Of a stretch of DNA of 64,000 nucleotides, positions 59,863-64,000 are shown piece by piece (within the stretch, counting starts at the first letter, position 1; each line of letters opens with the position of its first letter). The DNA is from Parcubacteria group bacterium Gr01-1014_8 (GTDB taxonomy: Bacteria; Patescibacteriota; Minisyncoccia; Phycocordibacterales; UBA2100): contig VMGC01000005.1 in assembly GCA_007376385.1 (NCBI GenBank), positions 96,001-160,000 of the forward strand. Reading direction: 5' to 3'. A program made the position numbers and the translations under genes. The notes beneath the pieces are model-generated. The model saw nothing but the letters and a program-made list of their open reading frames with translations, made no database searches and was not told the origin of the DNA.

Positions 59863-59900
59863 GTATACCTTAATGGTGCCGGTCGGCACCCTTAAGGTAC
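59863..59900. repeat. Family A palindromic element, copy A3 (imperfect), after hpf
   Basis: GTATACCTTAATGGTGCCGGTCGGCACCCTTAAGGTAC. Confidence 0.75.
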
Positions 59901-60037
59901 GCGCGTTCCATTGATGCTTTGATGCTATCGATAGGGAAAGAGTTTCTCATTTTAATTGGCAGCAATGCCTGAGAAGCTCCCCTTACCGGAAATCGGCTCC
60001 GGTATGCGATTGACTATACATCCGTGTTAGAAAAGAA

Positions 60038-60940
60038 TTAGGCAGGTGTGTTGATATCAGGCCCTGAAGGAGCGATGATTGATGTACCTGGCACAGCAAA
60101 ATCGGCATATTTCATCTCCCTTTTGCCCTCGGGTTTAACCGTATCAATGACGATCTTCTTGTTTTCCATATGTGCATCCAATATTTTTACGCGCATCTTT
60201 TCCCCGTCCTTTTCAAAAAAAGTATACGTACCAGGCCAGCCGTCAAAGGCGCGGATTTTTAGCAGATTCGTATAGGGGTCGCCATTCACGAGGTCAAGTA
60301 AGCCGTCTTCTTTTTTGAACAGCGTTGAAATCGTTGCAACGTCGTGGTTCTGCTCGTGAGATTCAACATCTCCGGAAACCCAGTGAGGCAGGATTTCGGC
60401 AAGTAATTTCCCGCCCTGATGAGAGAGAAGGGCGTCAAGGTCGCGCCCGCGCGACGGCCAATCGGGAATAGAAACGGGCCGGCTCGCGATGATGGGCCCA
60501 TGGTCCATCTTAGAATCGACACGCATGATAGAGACGCCAGTTTTCTTTTCGTCGGTCAATATCGCGGAGCGTATCGGCGATGGGCCGCGAAGGCGCGGTA
60601 GCAGCGAGGGGTGCATGTTGATGACACCGCGCGCCGGTATGTCGAGCAGCGCTTTGGGAAGGAATTTTCCGTAGTCGACTACGACGTATACATCTGCTTT
60701 TGTCTTCGCTAGTTCATAAAAAAAATCTTGGTCTAATTTCTCTGGCTGTACTGTTTTGATCCCGTGCGCAACAGCCCAAACTTTTGCCGGCGGGGGAGTC
60801 ATAGTTCGACCCCGACCTGCAGGCCTATCAGGCACTGTTACCAAAAGGGATGGCATGAGGAGTGCTTTCTCGAGTTCTTCAAGCGCGCCCACTGCAATTT
60901 CGCCGGTTCCGAAGAAAACATACGGAATCATAGGCATCAT
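60038..60940 (-). CDS. fmt: methionyl-tRNA formyltransferase
   Basis: INMHPSLLPRLRGPSPI (the Fmt SLLP motif), an N-terminal Rossmann fold and a C-terminal Fmt domain. The start overlaps the def stop by 4 nt. Confidence 0.9.
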   Translation of the reverse strand: MMPMIPYVFFGTGEIAVGALEELEKALLMPSLLVTVPDRPAGRGRTMTPPPAKVWAVAHGIKTVQPEKLDQDFFYELAKTKADVYVVVDYGKFLPKALLDIPARGVINMHPSLLPRLRGPSPIRSAILTDEKKTGVSIMRVDSKMDHGPIIASRPVSIPDWPSRGRDLDALLSHQGGKLLAEILPHWVSGDVESHEQNHDVATISTLFKKEDGLLDLVNGDPYTNLLKIRAFDGWPGTYTFFEKDGEKMRVKILDAHMENKKIVIDTVKPEGKREMKYADFAVPGTSIIAPSGPDINTPA

Positions 60941-61512
60941 GCAGGCGCTCCGTTCACGTCTTTTTCCTCATCGTAGAGCTCTGTCGCCTTATCTATATAG
61001 AGGACGCCTTCTAGATGGTCGAGTTCATGCTGAAAGATGTGTGCTAGAAATCCGGATGCACCTCGTGTGAACCTTTCTCCCTTCTCGTTGTATGCGCGTA
61101 CGCTTGCCTTTTCCGCGCGCGGCACGATGCCCCATTTCCCGCGTACGGAGAGACAGCCTTCGTGCTTGCCGGTCTTTCCGCGCGACATCTTAACGAGTTC
61201 CGGGTTTATGTAGACAGCATCCTCAGGGGACAATCCGGAGAAGTCAGTATCGTCGGGCTCGCCTTCAGGTTTGTGAGCCTTTCGCTTTTTTTCAATAAGC
61301 GCTTTGCCGGCGACGACAAACAGACGAAGTGATTCGCCGACCTGCGGCGCTGCTATGGCGACTCCGTATTCTTCTTTAGAAAGGAGTGCTTTCATGTCAG
61401 CGATGAGAGATTGGATTTTTGTGCTTCGTATCTCATCAATAGGAATTATCTGCGCAGTCTCGCGCAGGATGGGGTCTCCTTTTTGCACAATAGTTCGCAT
61501 CGTAGCCATCAT
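60937..61512 (-). CDS. def: peptide deformylase
   Basis: Motif 1 GVAIAAPQVG, motif 2 HEGCLSVRG (EGCLS), motif 3 HIFQHELDHLEG (HExxH). Confidence 0.92.
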   Translation of the reverse strand: MMATMRTIVQKGDPILRETAQIIPIDEIRSTKIQSLIADMKALLSKEEYGVAIAAPQVGESLRLFVVAGKALIEKKRKAHKPEGEPDDTDFSGLSPEDAVYINPELVKMSRGKTGKHEGCLSVRGKWGIVPRAEKASVRAYNEKGERFTRGASGFLAHIFQHELDHLEGVLYIDKATELYDEEKDVNGAPA

Positions 61513-61725
61513 ACCGTGAGGCTATATTTATTCGAAGGCCGGTCTGGAGCGCGCGAAGCAATGCTGTGCGCTTGCACTCCGACCGGCCTTGCGCTCGCAA
61601 ACACCCTCCCAGGGTTTGCGCGCGATCCACTATGAGAAAGTATATAGCCAATAAAGGGTATACATACCGGCGGGGCAAACCCCGCCATGAGGAACGCGCT
61701 TCGCGCATCCTCCCTAGCCGGCAAG

Positions 61726-61813
61726 CCGCGGGGTATTCGACCCTATGTTGGTTCCTCGGCTCGGAAATGAACATGAGTACACGTTCATTTCACTCGCAAC
61801 GCTCGCCAATAAA
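61726..61813 (-). repeat. Family C dyad-symmetric repeat, copy C3 (reverse complement)
   Basis: The reverse complement reads TTTATTGGCGAGCGTTGCGAGTGAAATGAAC-gtgtactcat-GTTCATTTCCGAGCCGAGGAACCAACATAGGGTCGAATACCCCGCGG. It lies in the large intergenic region upstream of def. Confidence 0.8.
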
Positions 61814-61977
61814 CAGAGAACCATCGCAGAGCAGCAAGCGATGGTCCTCCCAGAGTCGCCCGTGGGGGCGCCACTGATCCGCTTGTCCCGGCGCGGGGGG
61901 CCGGGTGCGGAGTTCAATGTTCAAGACAGCCGGCATTCTACAATACATATGATTTTTGCGCACGTTATACTGCGGGT

Positions 61978-62253
61978 ATGAAGCACATTGGGGCACATTT
62001 AAAGACGCGCAAGCATATTCTTCGCGAGACGGAGCGGGGGGAATTGATGAAATTCTTTTGCGAGCGCCTGAATTCGACGCGCCGGTTTGACGGTCTGCCT
62101 CGTATAACGATGGCCCGCATGGGGAAAATACTTGAAGGCATTCCGACAAAGGACCTCTATTATCTAAAGCGGGTTTGTAATGATGCTGGCAATTTCTCCA
62201 AAAAATTCTGGTGGGAGGTAAATCCAAAAAAGCATCCTGACGCTAAGATCTGA
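61978..62253 (+). CDS. hypothetical basic protein
   Basis: 91-aa ORF followed by palindrome A4. No family recognised. Confidence 0.4.
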   Translation: MKHIGAHLKTRKHILRETERGELMKFFCERLNSTRRFDGLPRITMARMGKILEGIPTKDLYYLKRVCNDAGNFSKKFWWEVNPKKHPDAKI

Positions 62254-62262
62254 CCTCGATGC

Positions 62263-62306
62263 CTAAATACCTTAGTAGTGCCGGTCGGCACTACTAAGGT
62301 ATTTAG
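62263..62306. repeat. Family A palindromic element, copy A4
   Basis: CTAAATACCTTAGTAGTGCCGGTCGGCACTACTAAGGTATTTAG is a perfect 44-nt palindrome. Confidence 0.8.
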
Positions 62307-62537
62307 TGATGCGGGGAGGGGGATGCACGAAAGTAGCCGGGAGCAAAGAGCAGGGAGGAAAAGCGCTCTTCACGTCACCGGCTACCAGCCTGCGCAGCCT
62401 TCTTAGGGCGCGCAGTAACGTTGCTCGAACCTGGAGCTCAAGCAACGCGTTATCCATAGGCACAATACGTTTGTGTCCAAAGCGAGTCAACCATTTGCGG
62501 GAATGCCTTTCAAAGATACAATGCCACTCCAACCTCT

Positions 62538-63554
62538 ATGGCCTTTTCTTTCAGTCCAAAGCTCGGCATTGACCTCGGCACGACGACCGTTCTCGTCTTT
62601 GTGCCGGGTAAGGGCATCGTATTGAACGAGCCGTCGGTCGTGGCTGTCTCCCAAGAAGAAAACCGCATTCTCGCGGTAGGAAACGACGCGAAGGAAATGA
62701 TAGGCCGAACCCCCGAATCTATCGTCGCGTATCGTCCTATGAAGGACGGCGTGATCGCCAACTACCGCGTAACCGAAGCAATGCTTCGCTATTTCATACG
62801 GAAGGCCCTCGGACGGTGGAATTTGTTCCGTCCCGAAGTAATGGTCAGCGTGCCAGCCGGGGTTTCTTCAACAGAGAGGCGCGCCGTCGTCGAGGCGGCG
62901 ACAAAGGCGGGAGCGCGCCACGCATATGTGGTCAAAGAACCTATTCTTGCCGCGATAGGCGCTGGTATTCCTATCCACGAAGCGCGCGGACACATGATAG
63001 TGGACATCGGCGGAGGCACGACCGACGTTGCGGTTATCTCGCTCGGCGGTATCGTTGCGTCCACATCGGTAAAATGTGCGGGCAATCGTATTGACCATGC
63101 GATAGCGGACTACGTGAAAAAAACATTCAATCTTTCAATTGGCGACAAAATGGCGGAGGAAATAAAAATTCACATCGGCTCTGCCGTTCCCGTTGATGAG
63201 GAATTGACGATGACGGTTAAAGGGCGGGACCATCTTACGGGACTTCCGCGTTCGATAGAACTCGGAACGAACGAAGTCGTACGTGCGGTGAGCCGTGAGC
63301 TTCGCATGATGGTTGGAGCAATTCGCGATGTGTTGCAGGAGACACCGCCAGAGCTCGCATCTGACATCATAGATAACGGCATTACGATGACGGGAGGCTC
63401 TTCACAGCTTCGTAATCTGACGGAACTTGTATTTCGGCGCACAGGAGTGAAAGCGCGCGTAGCAAAAGATGCCCCATACTGCGTTGCAAAAGGCACTGGC
63501 GAAGCACTCAAACACTTGGACGTCTACAAAAAAGCGATTATCAGTAAACGATAA
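62538..63554 (+). CDS. mreB: rod-shape-determining protein MreB (actin homolog)
   Basis: Phosphate-1 LGIDLGTTTVLVF, phosphate-2 DIGGGTTDVAVISLGGIV and adenosine motif MTGGSSQL. 338 aa. Confidence 0.92.
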   Translation: MAFSFSPKLGIDLGTTTVLVFVPGKGIVLNEPSVVAVSQEENRILAVGNDAKEMIGRTPESIVAYRPMKDGVIANYRVTEAMLRYFIRKALGRWNLFRPEVMVSVPAGVSSTERRAVVEAATKAGARHAYVVKEPILAAIGAGIPIHEARGHMIVDIGGGTTDVAVISLGGIVASTSVKCAGNRIDHAIADYVKKTFNLSIGDKMAEEIKIHIGSAVPVDEELTMTVKGRDHLTGLPRSIELGTNEVVRAVSRELRMMVGAIRDVLQETPPELASDIIDNGITMTGGSSQLRNLTELVFRRTGVKARVAKDAPYCVAKGTGEALKHLDVYKKAIISKR

Positions 63555-63694
63555 CGTTGTTGGAGTTTGATGTGGCTCGCCCAGTTAGAGGCGAAGCTCT
63601 CTGATGGGGACAAGAAAGCCATCATTAGCAAACGATAGGGTATCCTACAGGTAGCATCGTGCCCTTTTAGCGAGGGCTATTTGCGGTGTTGCCG

Positions 63695-64000
63695 ATGGTC
63701 ATAGATACAAAACCTTTGGAGGGAAGCCAGGAAGCGCAACTTCAGGCCGCGAAGGCCGTCTTCGACGTACTCGTCGCCAAATTCGAGCAGCCCGATCCGG
63801 AGGATCCGAATGCGGATCATTCGTTGCGCGACTTAGCCGTGCTGAATCCTTCCGACGAGAAGGAAAAATCTCCCGTCGAGAAGCGCCTATCGACAGAGTA
63901 TGGTTACATGCCAGCAGAGATACAGTATGTCATTCGTAAGTTGTCCGAGATACGTGCGTTCGTCGATAATAATAAGAACTTCAGAACAAAACAAAATCCT
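63695..64000 (+). CDS. hypothetical protein, 3-prime partial (runs off the window)
   Basis: ORF opens at ATG 63695 (MVIDTKPLEGSQEAQLQAAKAV...) and has no stop before the window end. Not MreC-like. Confidence 0.3.
   Translation, partial: MVIDTKPLEGSQEAQLQAAKAVFDVLVAKFEQPDPEDPNADHSLRDLAVLNPSDEKEKSPVEKRLSTEYGYMPAEIQYVIRKLSEIRAFVDNNKNFRTKQNP

Noticed and set aside
63170-63511. Minus-strand 113-aa ORF inside mreB
   Set aside because: mreB carries unambiguous actin-fold motifs on the + strand.
1-64000. Alternative genetic code (for example code 25 with TGA as Gly, known in some CPR lineages)
   Set aside because: TGA terminates well-conserved genes at the expected lengths (obg at 2469..2471, vsr at 11319..11321, GmrSD at 10859..10861). 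The standard code 11 fits.
1-64000. CRISPR array
   Set aside because: No series of equal-length direct repeats with unique spacers is present. The repeats that do occur are dispersed single hairpin elements.

Overview
Organism and layout. This is a 64 kb bacterial chromosomal window with moderately high GC and the standard genetic code (TGA, TAA and TAG all terminate conserved genes). Housekeeping anchors are obg, an RluA-family pseudouridine synthase, ppsA, the def-fmt pair, mreB, a cold-shock protein, hpf and a DUF167 protein. The window also carries a single tRNA-Asn(GTT). Between the anchors lie many small, unannotatable membrane or secreted proteins, and several proteins have peptidoglycan-binding modules (three PG_binding_1-containing secreted proteins, one of them also lysozyme/Rpf-like). 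This gene content is compatible with a small-genome, possibly CPR/Patescibacteria-like bacterium, but that is a guess and was not verified.

Accessory modules, in coordinate order. (a) A restriction/anti-restriction island that looks AT-richer than its surroundings by eye (about 9.0-13.5 kb): a GmrSD-like type IV enzyme (DUF262 with a DGQQR motif, plus DUF1524), vsr, a C5-cytosine methyltransferase, and a divergent 267-aa unknown protein that could be the cognate REase. (b) A two-component pair (sensor HisK and CheY-like receiver) and a second orphan receiver. (c) An ECF sigma factor with a co-transcribed membrane protein that may be an anti-sigma factor, next to a PepSY protein and a VIT transporter. 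(d) A copper-handling cluster: a His-rich CPH-type P1B ATPase (CopB-like), a multicopper oxidase, a 57-aa Cys-rich metallothionein-like protein, and small Met/His-rich periplasmic proteins. (e) A decayed accessory stretch upstream of the tRNA-Asn (about 47.4-56.0 kb). It holds paralogous membrane proteins, an inverted partial gene duplicate, two 3-prime remnants of a VOC/PhnB-like gene, an XRE-HTH/DUF2975 pair, and a hicB antitoxin whose hicA partner is interrupted by an in-frame TAG. (f) A 700-aa surface protein with thrombospondin-type-3-like Ca-binding repeats and a 174-aa secreted protein that is roughly 20% tyrosine.

Most unusual signal. Dyad-symmetric intergenic repeat elements come in at least three families. 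Family A is a roughly 40-nt near-perfect palindrome with core GTGCCGGTCGGCAC and covarying arms, in 4 copies. Family B is a roughly 55-nt hairpin repeat in 3 copies; one copy lies inside the 3-prime end of obg, and two inverted copies bracket the cold-shock gene. Family C/C-prime is a roughly 75-95-nt element with conserved GCGAG/CGAGC flanks around an inner hairpin whose sequence varies while its pairing is kept; there are 5 copies, several overlapping stop codons. No CRISPR array, rRNA, integrase or transposase was found.
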